DNA of 64,000 nt. It comes from Camelus dromedarius (lineage: Eukaryota). The DNA lies in NCBI RefSeq assembly GCF_036321535.1, contig NC_087437.1:94056001-94120000 (forward strand), given 5' to 3'. A model generated the notes under the pieces. That model saw only the letters and a program-made list of their open reading frames with translations. It was not told the origin of the DNA and did not search any database. Both the position numbers and the translations under genes were made by a program. The stretch's first letter is position 1. The number at the start of each line of letters is the position of its first letter. This document shows, piece after piece, positions 1-14,099 of the stretch.

Positions 1-2829
1 ATCCACACTTCTCAATTTTCTCACATAGTTTATGCCCAATTTTAGATGTTGTGGTAGCATTTAAGCATAATTTGGAATCTGTAGATGAAATCTGCTTCCT
101 AGTTTCAAGTCAAATGGAGTTTATAAGAATTTTTTTCTCCCTTTATGGTGATTTTTGTTGTTTTTGTTTTAAAAGATTGTATAAAGAAAAGGGGGAAATA
201 TTGACATCCATAGCCATTTCTGGCTTGAGATCTCACCTAAATTTCTATTTTAAAATGTTTCTATTCTTCTCAGACCTGCAACTGCCTCTTCCTCACATCA
301 CATGGACTCACTCTTAGTAGGCTTCAAAGACTACTTCATAAAGGAAATTGAAAATTCTACTTCATAATACTAGATACACAGATTCTAATTACTATATTTA
401 GACACAAAATACCCAGACATAAGTTTTCACAATCGTTTAAGGATAATAACTCCTGCTATGTCTAGATCCAACTATCCCTTCATCCTTGAACCCACCCAAC
501 CTTCTTGCATCAAAAGAGTCATCAGATATATAAATAATTATCAGATATATATATGTACGTAATATTTTGTAGAATGACATAGGATACATGATTAGCACTC
601 AAAAATGCCAGCAAACATTCTTATCCAGGTCATAGGGTGTTAAGGGACTTTGATTTGGAATTTCTGTTTTTCTCAAAATTTTAATTTGTAAGTAGAATAT
701 TATTTCTAAGATTTCAGGAATTCTATATAACTTTGATGATATGATGATCATGGGCAGAGTATAAGACAACAGGAAACTAGTAAAATTTACATCACTTTTA
801 CAGTGCTAATAAAAATACTAACCAGGAGACATTCCAATGGCCCATTGAGTCATTTTTTTTTATGCCATTGAAATTTATCCAGCTTCCTTCCTCCACTGAC
901 TCCCAGGAAGCTTGGAGTCAGGAAAACCTTGTTCTTCTGACATAACTGTATTGTTTCCCTTAATCTTCACCTCCCCATATATGAGATTTCAGCCCTTGGA
1001 TGTTTTTCTTTGTTTTGTATTTTTCTGATCTCACAGTTCTGTCACATTTATGTGGTTTTATTATAAGTTGGCTAAAGTCTATTTTAGAAGTAGATTTAGT
1101 ATCAGTTAGTATGGGAAAAATGAAATAAAAATTTCAACTGTAAAACTCATGGTTGTTATTCATCCTAACATGGTAAGATTCACAATCAGTTTATTATATG
1201 TCTCCTACAAACCCAGAGTCAATTAGGCTCTCTATAATGTTTTTCTCATAAAAATTACTCCCATTCCTAATTTACTTTATTAACTATTAGAAAAAGTTGT
1301 CTCATGACATTGAACACGCTAATATGAAGATGTCTAGTATGTCAAAAACTTAAGAAGGTAAGGGTCTTTGGTTATTACAATAAGAACATAAAACTTCCTC
1401 ACAGTTGTTTTTGTCACTTAATGCTGCTGGAGCTGTCCTTACCATAAACAGAGTATTCCCTTAACGTCTAAGAGTGCAAAATGCATTACAAGTCATACCA
1501 TCTCAGAAGCTTTACAACTCTTGTTTTAGGATTTAAACATTCTTATATAATTTATGTAGGAAAAGAAAAAGCAGAGAAATGAAGTATTACCTAAGTATCT
1601 TGTATATCAGGACATATAACTTTATGTGCAAAATAGTACTTGGCACCTAAATGGCAAATTCACTAATTTTCTATTTATTTTATTCCATTTTACCGGGATG
1701 AAAGATTTTGTTCTTTGGACTGAGCATTTTATATATGGCCTTTGCATTAAGCTTATATAGATAACATTTAGAATGATACTAGCTTAATGTGAAATGATAT
1801 TTTTTATGTTTATATAATTTTATGTAGGAAAAATAACATGAATGTTTAAGGGTATGTCTAAAAAGTATGATGAGTATGAGTGGTGTTTCTATAATGATTT
1901 AATCTTCAGCAGAGGAGGATACTTTTGGGCTCCAAACTTCTTAGTGCAAACATCACTTAGTGCCAGATGTATGGAATCAGTCTTACCTGGATAGTTCCGC
2001 AGCTAAAATTAGGCACTTTGGAAAGCTGAATTAGCTCTTTCAGGCTGTTATAGACCATTTAGAAAATCACCATTTCTTTGCAATAATAGCAAAGTGTGAT
2101 GAAATAAGTCTATTCAGTCCGTGCAGGTGCCTGATGTGACTGGGAAGAGTGGTAGAAGTCTGCCCAAAAGGGATGTTGGAAATCAATCTAGGGCAAAAAC
2201 ACTAATGAGTCAAATTAGATTGCGAGTGGTCAGTGAGGGCTGGAATAATGTATTTTTCAAGATGGGAATCCAAGTTACCATTTTCTACTAGTACCTGCTT
2301 AAAGCAAACTGAAAGTAAACCCTTATCAGAGCAGAAGGAAAAACAGAGAAAGCACTAAGCCACAGTATATTAGCAGATGGATGATTACAGAGCTATTGAT
2401 ATGTAACATGCACCTGTACTGATATGTACTCGTGCACAGTCAAAGAAAACGGGCAACAGAAATGAAAGGAGAAGCCCCTTAATCTTTCAGCTGGAAGTAT
2501 TTTTTCTATAAGTGTAATTAAAACTTAAAATAGAGAACCGGGGGTCTATGTGTTATTTAGAAAGATCGAAAAACTTTAGAATATTTGAAAATATCAAATG
2601 TAGCTTTTGCATTATTTGTCAATCATTAGATTACCTTTTCCTAAAATCAGCCAGTCATTTGTTCATATTTTTTTACATGTTAGATTTAGTTCAAATTTTT
2701 TAAATTCACTTTGATGAGAACCAAACTCTTGTCAGAGCTCAGATCTATAGATCAACTGATTATCATCTTTTTTTGCACATTGTCTCTATATACAGGATGC
2801 TCTTTTCCCACATTGGTTTCTGGGTGATT

Positions 2830-3015
2830 ACTCTATATCCTTCAGATCTTAATACAAATAACATTTTCCCAAAGAAACCATCTCTGAGTGTCAAATTTAG
2901 GTTAACTCTTCTGTAAAAATCTCTCATTTCAATCTTGACTTTTTCTTCAGTGCTTAATGTAATTTGTAAATTTATATACATGATATGTGCTCAATAATTA
3001 CCTGCATAAATAAAT
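2830..3015 (+). mobile_element. Degenerate LINE-2 3' fragment
   Basis: Ends in an L2-like tail (atatgtgctcaataattacctgcataaataaa); heavily diverged, boundaries approximate. Confidence 0.4.
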
Positions 3016-4429
3016 TAGAAAGAAAGAATATAGAAGTCTAAATAGTATTCATCAACAGACTGAAAGTAGTGCATTAAACAGTGAACATTTTCTTTCCAGA
3101 ATTTATCATGTAGCTATTAAGCAATGAATGTTTTCTTGGAAGGCAGCTGGAGGCACTCAGTATTTTCATATGCTTCCTACTTCGTATTTATAACAATTAT
3201 TAAATCACAAGATAATATTTTAATTATCACAACTAGTGAGATATGTATTTTGAGATACGTATTTCCATTTTTGTTGCTTCATACTGCGATGTACTTGCAA
3301 AGTTGACACTTGATTATGACTTACTGCATGCTTAGTAAGTGTTGGTAGTACTCTACCTGACCACCTATCACACACATTTTGCTGTTTCAAAAGTATGAAA
3401 AAAGGCACAAACATAGAATGCATTAATGTCAATCTCAAATTTCTTTATAATTTAAATAAAAATTTTAGTTAGAATTGAATATACCTCTTCACAATGCCTT
3501 TTCTGTTTTGAGGAGACATGAAATTTTATTCAAACAATTATATGCTATTAAGTAAAGAATAAATTAGCAAGAAAATTGCACCATTAGTGAAATTTTAAGT
3601 TCTTAATTTCACATAATAAATGATTGTAATCTTACTACAACATTGAAATTTAACATAAGGAAGTCTCATTAACAGCTAAAATGGATTTAGTTATGCTCTA
3701 TTATTATTGACTCTGATCATGCTTTAATATTAGCTATAGTTCTGAGAAAAATAATATAGAATATTTAGGCAAATATTCAGATAGAAGTTCCAGGGTCAGT
3801 TTTTAAAATTATTCTCATAAATAATGAATAAATACTAATGACTTTTACACAAAAATGTAAAATAAACAAAAATATGTACTTTTATATATACATATTTAAT
3901 GTTTTGGAGTCTCATATAATTTTATTGTTACTACCCAAAGATAACCTCATCTAATCCAGCTGATTAGCCCTTGGCTTTTTAAATCCATTTGTCCTAAACT
4001 GAGCATTACATTTAGCTCATGGTGTCTTCCCTTTCTATATACAAAGCTCCAAGGCAGGACCACAGGTGCCTTTATACTACAGATGTATAGCAATAAGAGG
4101 AGATATAAGCACTGATGGTAAATCCAAGAGCAAATTCTCTTGTGCCAGGATCAAATATACATGATCATTCTCTATCAGTCAGCAGTTTATCAATGACTTA
4201 AAAGAAGATATTGAGGACATTTGAATCACATTTTTGGGTAGCAAGACTGGAAAACTTTCTCTCCATGAATGTACAATCCTATGACTCACGGTCTTGTCCA
4301 TTGCAGTCCCCATCAGTTTGTCCATCCGATGGACCATCCATCCATTAAAAGATGCTTGTGTCTGTACTTTCTGTACTTCTCTTACTCTGATTTCATGCTC
4401 CAGGGTTTTCTCTCTCTCCTTCTCTCCCT

Positions 4430-5090
4430 CTCTCCCAAATGTTTCTCCTATACCCCTAAAAACTCAGATCTTGTAATCAACAAATCACTCTGTGTCTCCA
4501 ACAATTCTTAAAGATACTCTTCCTGTCTTGATGCCCCAGTTGGCACTTGGCTATCTAGAAAACAATTTCTTTTATAGACTTTTCAGGTAGTAGGTATCCA
4601 ACCCACATTGAACTCACACAGCTCAGTATTCAAGGTGACAGAGTTTCATCAATTGTTTCTCATTATTACTCCAATGCTGAATTTCTCACTTATTTTCTCC
4701 AAAATCCAGATTCTTTGATATAGATGCTGCTCAGCTTTCTCACTCATTGATGATTCTGCATTTGGCTCATTTATTTTTTTCTTTTTCTCTCTCTCCCTCT
4801 TTCCTTCCTGCTTTTACTCTTCTGGCAAAACCCCAGGCCTAGCTGTAACTAAATGTTTGTGTACTCCTTGGCTGCAGCTGAGAAGCTGAATGCTGCTGGA
4901 GAAAATTACACAAATGTGTTAAGTGAACTTTCTTGAATGTGAAAACCACAACCTCAAAAAGCACCCAGAATTGCCAGTCTCTTTATATTTCTTCAATAAT
5001 ATCATTTTATTTCTAAAATGATCTCAAACCTTCCCTTCTTTCCCCAACATCCCCTATGGAGTCATCATTCTTAGATGATTACTTGCTATC
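4430..5090 (+). mobile_element. LINE-2 ORF remnant
   Basis: ggcaaaaccccaggcctagctg...gctgctggagaaaattacac...accacaacctcaaa resembles the L2 ORF segment AKPQPW...WRKTHN...TTNLK, disrupted by stops and frameshifts. Confidence 0.65.
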
Positions 5091-6893
5091 ATCATAATCA
5101 TCATCATCTCTATCACTTTTAAAATCTAACTTCTATAGGCAATTATATACTGACTTGCTGAGGCATTGTGTTACAACAAGCATTATATATGTGAATAATA
5201 TAGTCCCATCATCATGGGATTTAAACACTGGTGGATGAAACAGGTAAATAAAGAGGACTTTGCAACATAGTATGAAACTTTTATTTTATAAACTCATTCT
5301 TACACCATTCCTTGGATACCTAATATATGTGTCAGGCATTGGTCTAGGTTACAGTGGTCAATAAAATAGGCAGTTCCTGTTATTTAACTTAAATTATAAT
5401 GAAGGATAATACACAGTATACAATAACATGCTTATTATGTGCATATTATATATGTAATATAACCTGAAAAAGTTTATTTTGTATCCTCATTTATACATCA
5501 ATCTCTTGTAAATTGTGAAAGTGTGAGTCACTTCAGTGAAATTGCTTATCTCTGGATGAATCAATAACACCAGTTTTGGTAGTTACAAAATTAAAGATCA
5601 AATCCTATTATATAACGGACACATGAAGCTACTGATACTGGCCTGAACTTCTACTTACTTTCTTTCATATTCTACCTCTCTACTGCAAACATAAAATGTT
5701 ATGACCAATAATTTTTTTTTTATAATAAGACATTATTTACCATTAACACTTGGTAAAATATTTGGTCCAACAAGGCATCTAGCAGACTAGCAAGGAAATA
5801 GCAGTGGTGCAAATATATTTTGAGGTAGATGATGTGAGAATATTGCCTGTTTTCTCAGGGTACAGCACGTATGATGTGTAGCCCAAGAAAGGTCTGGGTA
5901 ACGCACACCCAACAAGAGCGGGTCAGGTCCCAGATGTGATGGGGCAAAGTTCAGAGGAGACTATAGAAAACAGGAAGGGTGGTTCCCAAAGGTAAAAATG
6001 GCCTGCTTCACGTGTTTTCCTTACTGCAGGTCTTTTTTTTTTTCCCCTAAAGAATTATATCTACAATAAAGGAAAAACGAGAGGAAGGAAGAGAAAAAGG
6101 AAGAAAAAAGAGCATAATGAAGGAAAGATAAGTAAGAGGGGAGATGATGATAATAATCTTTAAGAAAATTACTAAAGTCAATTTAAAAATCAATTTTTCT
6201 TTGCTTATTGTTTCTTAGTAATATCTGGAGGCTACACACATAGCATTTATATTTTTGTTTCAATTTTAATGTAGATTATTTTGATAGAATAAAAAATTTT
6301 TTTCTGTCTAGTGTCAAGTATGTTCACATTGAGATAAAATTAAAATTCAATCTGTATAAATTACAATAATACAAGACAAGCATTTAGCAGTAATACCAGT
6401 GTTGACAATTACTCATGTTGTTTGTTAACAGAAGAGGCTTAGACGATTCTTACACCAAAAATTCTTTTTAAATTTCTAACTAATTGATTTTCTGATTGTA
6501 AAGTGCTATGCTAAAAAGTTACAAATTTCTAATTAACTTACACAATTAGAACCCAAAGGAAAGATGATTATGCATTTCTATACAGTTTATCAAATAAGAA
6601 AATGGTGATAATGAGAGTTAGGGTAAGCAAACACTCCCCCGCTGCCCTACCCACACTTTTCATCAGCTGGGGCATCAAACAATCGGTGCTATTAATGATC
6701 ATGGTGTTCCAAAATCAGTGCTCTTTTTAGAAATAAAATCTCCCTTCCACTAAGTAGAACACTGAGTAAGGAAGGAGAAAACAGAAGACATTTTCATAAA
6801 GTTCAGAGATGGAAGAAGAGAGGTGCATTACAAGCATAAAATGTGATGGGGGTTGAATACCTAAAGTAGTTTCAATTAGAACTTTAGGGATAG

Positions 6894-7076
6894 CAGTAGT
6901 TTTTAACACTGGCTGGACATTAGATTCACTTGGGGAAGCTTTTAAAAGTAGTGAAGTGTGAATTTTGCTTCAATACAATTCAATCAAATTATTCATGAAC
7001 ATGTAGATGTTATATACCCGTATTTTATACCCTTCCCTTCATGATTATAAAGTTTGCTCAGTTCTAAGAATTACTG
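6894..7076. mobile_element. MER5-like hAT-Charlie DNA transposon remnant
   Basis: Begins cagtagtttttaacactggctggacattagattcacttggggaagcttttaaaa and ends taagaattactg, matching the recalled MER5 termini CAGTGGTTCTCAA...TTGAGAACCACTG. Confidence 0.6.
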
Positions 7077-10000
7077 AAATACAGTGAAAAAGTAACTTGC
7101 CCTATGTATCAGGCAAATAAAAATGGCCATTCCTGTTGCTTTTATTTTTGCTCCTTCTTTATTAAAAGCATAATTAAATTTTATTCTAGTGTGGTCCAGG
7201 CTTATATTTAAATATTCTCTAAATGTATTATGAAAGAGGGTTTTACTATTTCTAAAAAGCTCATAGCAGTTTAGTTTACAATATCCAAAAAAATGTAGTT
7301 TGGGATGGTGCTTTCGAGCTCTACTTCCTTAAACTGAAGAGTGAAAAACAAAGAAATCAAGAAAGAAGCATTATGTCTATAATTAGTATTTATTTTGTAG
7401 CATTTATTAGGGGTCAAATCTGTAACTGAAAACAGAAGACAGAAAACCACCCATCCATTTAGCATATGGGCATCTTCAAAAGTGAAAAATGGCCCATCTA
7501 TATGAACATAATAAGCGCATCCAATATTACTAACAGTGCAGTAAGAATATATATGATCCAAAGCAATTACAGAGAAGACTTTGAGTTTTCAGATAGTAAA
7601 AGCGTGGTTCTATTTTGATTCTAATACCTTGCAAAGTTTGCACAACAGAGGACTCAAAACAATGCCAGCCTCTGTGCTCATGATTAGCATCGTTCTCCTT
7701 TGGGAGTAGAAAATATAAGGTAGTCACACTTCAGGGCCCAGATGCTTTGCTGATGCCAGGCTTCCCAGACCACCTGTTTTCACACCCTCCAATGCACTTT
7801 AGCCTGTCATTCACGAGGGCCCCACGCACATATTTGGCAGTTTCCTTGCCCACGGCTTTGGCAGTTTTCCAGAGATGAGTAAATGCATTGCACTTTACAA
7901 TTTCCATGTGCAATGCTTTCCAAATTCAGTTGTTACTCACCATCTCTATAAGCATATTAAGAGGCTTGATAGCCATGGCAAATTGCATAGGCCAAAATAA
8001 TTCTACCCAAAACCTATTAATCCAAGGATTTTAAATGGGATTACATAGGATTTAGCAAATATCTCATATCAACTGCATAGTTACAAAACAAAGAAATTCT
8101 GGTTTTCCTTTATTTGGGGAATCACGAAGTATGAAAACACACTGAATACGTTTTGTGTAGGCTTTTAATTCTGTTCTTTTGTCAGACCCCCCAAACCGTT
8201 TAGGAACACATTAGAAAACAGAGCAAACAAATAGCAACCTTAAAATAATTAACCTATTTTTTCACTTCGAAGGTTGTAACTAAATATGTCCAGGGATTTT
8301 TTATTGAAAGCTGGCATTTCTTTTCTAGAATATATATATATACATATATTTGAGCACATGCTACTTTTACATAGAGAAAAATAAAGCCCATGCGCAATGT
8401 TTAAAATCCATTTTAAAGCTGCGGGCCTATTGGGACTGATTTATTTTTCAAGAAAATCTTTAATTTTATATTATAATGGCATCTTCATTATTAACAAAAC
8501 ATAACAAATAAAACAAGAATCATCGCAGTTAAAGTAAATAATTGGATAAAAAGAGGCATAGTTAAATAATTTTTGAATCCTAGAATCATTCAGAAAACCA
8601 CAAATCACTCAACTCTGTCTTTTCCCAAGTGATTTAGGGAACAAGCTATTAAAACAATGCTTCACGTGTTGATCGTTTAAAAATCACAGCGTGCAAAGGA
8701 TTGGCTAGGTAAAAAAGGTACACAAAAACCAACAGAAGTAAGATATTGTCCCCCAAAATTAAGAGCTCACACTCTAGTGGTGAAATGCATGTGCGCCTCC
8801 CACCCCGCCTCCTACAAACATGAAAAAAAATTAAAAATACTATCTTAATTCAGAAGAGGGGGTACACAATTCATATTAGAAATAGCTAGCTCTTTCCATT
8901 TGGAGAACATCTTACTGGATCTTTTTATTGAGTAAAGTGTGTTCCCCTTTGCTCATCTCTCTACTGGGAATAGGATGGGAGTGCTTTCCACACACTTCCA
9001 AGTTGTGCTGCTTGAATAATAAATTAACTAGACATCTCATTTTTCCCATGACTGGTATAAGGCACAGGCTTTATGGGTGATCTGGAAATAGGAGGGGATC
9101 AGAGTTGGGAGAAAGGATTTGGGGAGAGAGATGCTGATGGTCAGCGGCTTAACAGCAGATTGGGCTCACGGAGATAAAGAACAAGTGAGAAACGTCTGAT
9201 GGCAGAGACAGCTGAGGACACTTTAAGAATGACAATGTCTCATGCTTATTTTTCAGTCCTTGTCAGTGTTATTTGGAATACCTCTCTATTTCTCCCAAAC
9301 TTTGGTGAAAACACGTTAAACCCAACAGCCATGCATTCGCGGTGCTTTGCAAAATTCGGAAAGAAGCATGTGATGTGTGCGGAAAGTAGTGGAGAGAGAA
9401 CAGCAGCTGCAGGATATGAGCACAGAGGATCAGCCCCAGGCCAGAGTAGGGAAGATGCTGACCTACACATCCACTCAGGAGCAGGCACGAGATACGCCCT
9501 AAAAACCTGCAGGAGTTCGCACGGGGATGAGGGCTGCCAGGAGGCTGGCGCCGTAGTGAGCTCCTACATGGAGAGAAGTTAGCAAAGCACAATTCCCAAA
9601 ACTCTAGAAAAGGTACTAGACTTCTCACAAGATGTGGAAGGAGGGCTCAGATCATTTTAATTCAAGGGATTATTGACACCTGCCATATTACAGTACATGT
9701 TCTCCAACAAGGGCTGTCCCAGAGGTACCAAGAGCACTGAGGCAGCAGGAAAAACACAGATGTTTTACAAACAACTAGATCAGCTGTCATATCCTACCTG
9801 CTCCGTTTATAAGCCACTTGGTATCAGCGAAGGGAAAGACCCTCTCTGGGACATTCCTCACCTATTAAATAAGATGAAGAATGCCAACTTCATTGGATAG
9901 GTGTGTACAACAAATGTGTTTAAAACACCTGGCATACCGTAGGCACAGAATAAATCTTTGGCCCTTTCCCTAATTGTCCTATCCATCCTCTCTCCAGTAA

Positions 10001-10242
10001 GAACTCTGAGAGACAGAGGCATTGATTCTGATCTGAAGTCAAAAAGCTTTTGTGAAAAAGATGGGCTTTGAGTCAGGACTTGAAAAATAAGTATGTATAA
10101 GGACTTTTGGGTATGGATTTACTCGGGGAACATAATATAAATATAAGGAAATTTAGTAGTATATGTATGTGTCTCCATAAATGAAAGAAGTGTTCATAGA
10201 AGAGATAGGAGGGAAGTCTTACTAGGATTGAGATTTCTGATG

Positions 10243-10662
10243 TGTGGTAGACAGGATTTTGACCCCCACTACCTTAGCCCATTGGTATTACATCCGAGAA
10301 TATCTCACTTTATACGGCAAAGAAGAGGAAGGCAGACGAGTTCCTCAGAGAGGTGCAGCGTGACTAGGATGCCAATCAGCTTTATTAGCTTTGAAGATGG
10401 AGGGGAGGGCCATGAGCCAAAGAATGCGGGCAGCTTCTAGAAGCGGGATATACCCCTCAGCTCAGAGCCAGCAAGAATACCAGGGCCTCAGTCTGACAAC
10501 CACAGTTTTGTATAGAGATTCCAGAGGCGAATGCAGTTTGCTGACACTGATTTTAGAATGCTTAGAATAGCACATCACGGTTCATACAGAACCGTAACAG
10601 ACTATAGTTTTAAGCTAGAAGTTTGTAGTGGCTTGTTATGGCAATGGTAGAAAAACAATAAA
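10243..10662 (+). mobile_element. MaLR solo LTR (MLT1D/E-like)
   Basis: Starts tgtggtagacag, core gctttgaagatggagggg...ccatgagccaaagaatgcgggcagcttctagaagc, MLT1-type 3' end; perfect 5-bp TSD tgatg at 10238-10242 and 10663-10667. Confidence 0.85.
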
Positions 10663-10993
10663 TGATGTGGGGTGGGGGGATAACAGAATTGAAAGATACA
10701 GAGATGTCAAATGCAAATTGTTTCCCAGTGCTAGTGGAGGTGAGAGAATGATTATCTTGCATTGCCCTGCCCTTTTGTCCCCCACCACACACACAAAGAT
10801 TTACTTAGAAATACTCAAGAAATATTTTATGGGCGCAGATAAAGAGCAATCAAGCAAATTCCAGTGAGGGTTTCTTGTTCAGCAGTTTGGATGGGATCAC
10901 AACGTGCTCTTCATTAAATGGTGTAAGAGTAAAAACGCCAGAATTTCCCAGGTTTGGTGTAACATACTACAAAAAAGGTCAAGAGGTTGATAC

Positions 10994-11546
10994 TGTTACC
11001 CCAAGGAGGGGGAAAGCCGAAGTCCTTATCTTCCCGGAAAGAGAATTCGGACGGGAGACCAAAGTTTTGTGTAAACAAAGGGCTTATTAGCAAAGAGAAA
11101 GTACCTCTCGGAGGGCTGAAGGCAAGAGAGGAAAAGCAGCGACCGCCCCCACCTCCAGCCCGTTTCTTTTGCGTGGTCGTCTAGGGGCTGTCTTAAGCTA
11201 ATTTGAGAGCTGACATCATTTGAGTGGCATGTGTAGGTTATGTAACCTCTTCCTTATTGTGCAGGTCCTTCCTCACAGTGCATGCAGAAAACCCCCTGGC
11301 AAAGGTGCTTAAACTGCAAAGCTAATTACATTATAATGAGCCCTGGGTCGTGTCAGGTCGGTCCTTCTCTGTACCATGCTGTTGCAGCCGTTCGGTTTCA
11401 TTTGGTTTCTTTGCTGGCCCTCATTTAGACAAAGTAAAACTCTTTGAAGCCCCTTATTCTGAGGGCAGGTGTATGGTTATCTTCTGGATTGTTCCCTCCC
11501 TTTCACTCCCCTTGCCTGGTGTCCCTACATATCTAACTGCTTAACT
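10994..11546 (-). mobile_element. ERV1-type solo LTR
   Basis: CpG-retaining block from tgttacccc to tatctaactgcttaact (reverse complement resembles a TGTTAAGCAGTTAGATA LTR start); degenerate minus-strand polyA signal near 11084; flanks atac/gtac are a possible 4-bp TSD with one mismatch. Confidence 0.7.
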
Positions 11547-11946
11547 GTACTATGTAGAAATATTAGAAATCCAGTGGAATTCATGAAGAAAAGATTCCTG
11601 CAAAATGAAATATTTGCATTTACTTTTCTCCCTCAATAGAAACTTGCTTTTCTGTATTGATAATGAAGAAGGAAATTGGTTCTATATTAAAAATCCCACA
11701 GAACTTCCACCGCTAGTGATGTGTTCTTTTGTAATTCCTATTGTTCCAGCGTTGTGATCTATACAGATGTTTTCATCATAGTAAAGATACACATTCAAGT
11801 TTCAAAACCGAAGTATTTATAATGATTACATAAGGCCAGTGGGATCTTTGAAAGTGTCTCTACATCTTTCATAAGAATTCAGCTCAGTGGTTTTCTAGAA
11901 CTGTAATTCTTCTAGCCAGGCTGCTGGCTCCACCTTCCCATCCCAT

Positions 11947-12020
11947 TAATGGAGGTACTGGAGAATCGAACCCAGGACATGCACGCCAAGCATACGCTCT
12001 GCCACTGAGCAATACTCCCA
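11947..12020 (-). mobile_element. tRNA-derived SINE (camelid vic-1 type)
   Basis: Reverse complement reads gggagtattgctcagtggcagagcgtatgcttggcgtgcatgtcctgggttcgattctccagtacctcc, with recognisable Pol III A and B boxes. Confidence 0.85.
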
Positions 12021-12739
12021 CCCCCTGCCTTTTTGATATTAATGTTTCTAACTATTCTAAGGTGATTTAAGGATGGGTTATAAGGTTTGATCTTGAAAAC
12101 TATAAATGCAGCCTAATAAATGAAAACCTCAGCAATTTCTAGTTACCACAGGGGCTGAAATTTTTTTTTTCCCCTTTTGGTATAAATCAGTTTTTAGTAC
12201 AAAACCATTGGCTGTGGTTTGTTTTGGGCTGGTGAATCAAAGATGCACAAAAGGTCAAATATGTAGGTTTGTTCCAGTGTATTTCTTTTCAGATTAATTA
12301 GAACTTTTTCTCATTTCTTTTTATTTTTCTTTATAACATTGAGTAACATAAAACAGCTAAATTGTTCTGTACCTCCCAGAATCACAGCCAGATTCCAACA
12401 CTATGGTAGTGATCATAGGAATAGAAATGGATGCAAGTTGTAGCAGGAACCCAGGTGAGTTTCTATGGAATTAGTTTAATAGCATTTCATCCTTGAACTA
12501 CCTTCTTAGGTGTCAGAGATTGATTTCCCCTCTGAGTTCTCTAACACCTTTTTGTCTTCTTCGGATCTCTCTTTAAACGTATTCTTTTAAATACCTCCTA
12601 AAGAAGGACAGCTTATAAATGTGCCCCTCTGCTTTTTTTCCTTTCCCTCCACCCCAGTTCAAGTTCTGTCTTTTCCATCCTATTGCTGTTTTATTAGTGC
12701 ATCATTTCTCTCCTGTATTTCAAAATGTGTCTGTTTCTG

Positions 12740-13330
12740 CTTTGTTTCTAATGGCATCATCCTAGATTCCATTCTGTTGCTAAAGTGATCTTCCTAAAAT
12801 CCAAATCTTTGATGTTATACTTGAATAAAACCCCATACATTTTAAATTAAATCCCAACTCCTTGAGCAGAATACAAGGATACTTGAAAACTTGGTTTTTC
12901 TCCCCTGTCTTTGGTCTCAGTAAGCCCAGGGAATCCCTAAATCCGTTCCCCTTAGATCCAGTCATACCAACTACTTAAATGTCTCCAAAGGGAGCAAGGC
13001 TTTCCTGGCCCTCTCTGCATTTGCAGAAATCTTTTTTTCTTTTTTTCGCTCCCACAAAATCAGCCTTTCTTTTCTCTTAACTTAAATAAATCTTATTCTT
13101 GTTCTTAAAAAAATTATAGCCTAAGTGTTACCATTTCTGGAAAGTCATTTCTGGGTTCCCTTCTGTGTACTTAAGGTCCCCTTAACGTTTATTGCTTTTA
13201 GCACATATCTGATTTCATTTTAATAGAAAAATGTTCCCTATTACACTTTCCTGAGGAAAATTATCTGTTTTCAATCTTGAGTAGAGGTGCTGAAAGACTG
13301 GTAGTTAAAAAAATGAATTAGTCAATGGAT
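12740..13330 (+). mobile_element. Degenerate LINE-2 3' region
   Basis: L2-like motifs gctaaagtgatcttcctaaaatccaaatct and aaatcccaactccttgagc, ending in a tgaatta-type tail. Confidence 0.55.
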
Positions 13331-14099
13331 TGACAAAATTAATTAAAATTATGACTTTGTTCTTTGCCAAAGGCTGATATGAGACATGACCTTACATGGA
13401 GCAGGTCTAAAACCCTTGTAAAGTGTGTGTATTTTCCTCCCTGTTAAGAGCCATTTCATACTAGTTTTGCCATGTTCCTTTTACATAAGACAAGAACAAA
13501 AGGGTAAAGAAGTAAAATTCCACAATATTCTTTTTTTTAATCTGGATATTAGGAAATTTAGAGGTGATTTGTTGTTATTCTTCTAACGTTTTTAGTCAGC
13601 TTTTTTTGCTATGTATTTGTAGAGTAAAGATAGATAAAAGATCAGCCTTTTCTTAGGAAGCTCATTCTAGTAGCCAGTTCCAAGATTAAGAGCCCAAAAC
13701 CACTTTGAAAAATATCCTTATCTTTAAAATGGCAGGATGGCACATAACTTAGGGATGTTGAGAAGTTAAATAAAATGTTTATAAAAAAAGTATAGTGTGT
13801 GCCTCAGAAATTTTTCTATGTTGACTGCATATGTAGTACTGTTCTTATTCATTTTAATTATTTAATTAAATTATATCTATGATTTTCAATGTAAACCACC
13901 TAAAATATTTTTTAAATAAGTGAATTATAAATAAGTGCATCATAAGTTGTTAAGAAATAAATTTACACGATGCTGTTAGGACATTTAGGACTACTAAATG
14001 TCTAAGTAAAGGCTGATTATATGAAACAGTAAAAATATTTTTCAGGGTAAGTAAAAGAATAATAAAAATAAGAGAAAATTTCTATTTCTGTTGTCAGAA

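Noticed and set aside
7886..7905. Resemblance of attgcacttta to miR-367/miR-92 family 5' ends (also near 56362)
   Set aside because: Only the seed region matches, and the stem is far too short for a pre-miRNA.
9199..9582. 127-aa ORF in a GC-richer patch, with overlapping antisense ORFs
   Set aside because: No recognisable domain, promoter or splice context; ORFs on both strands are explained by local GC content.
11947..12020. tRNA genes at the three SINE loci (also 18803 and 53280)
   Set aside because: They have A/B-box-like heads but SINE-type tails and no intact cloverleaf.
13976..14005. Short inverted repeat gacatttag...ctaaatgtc
   Set aside because: A 9-bp stem in AT-rich DNA is expected by chance in 64 kb; no supporting context.
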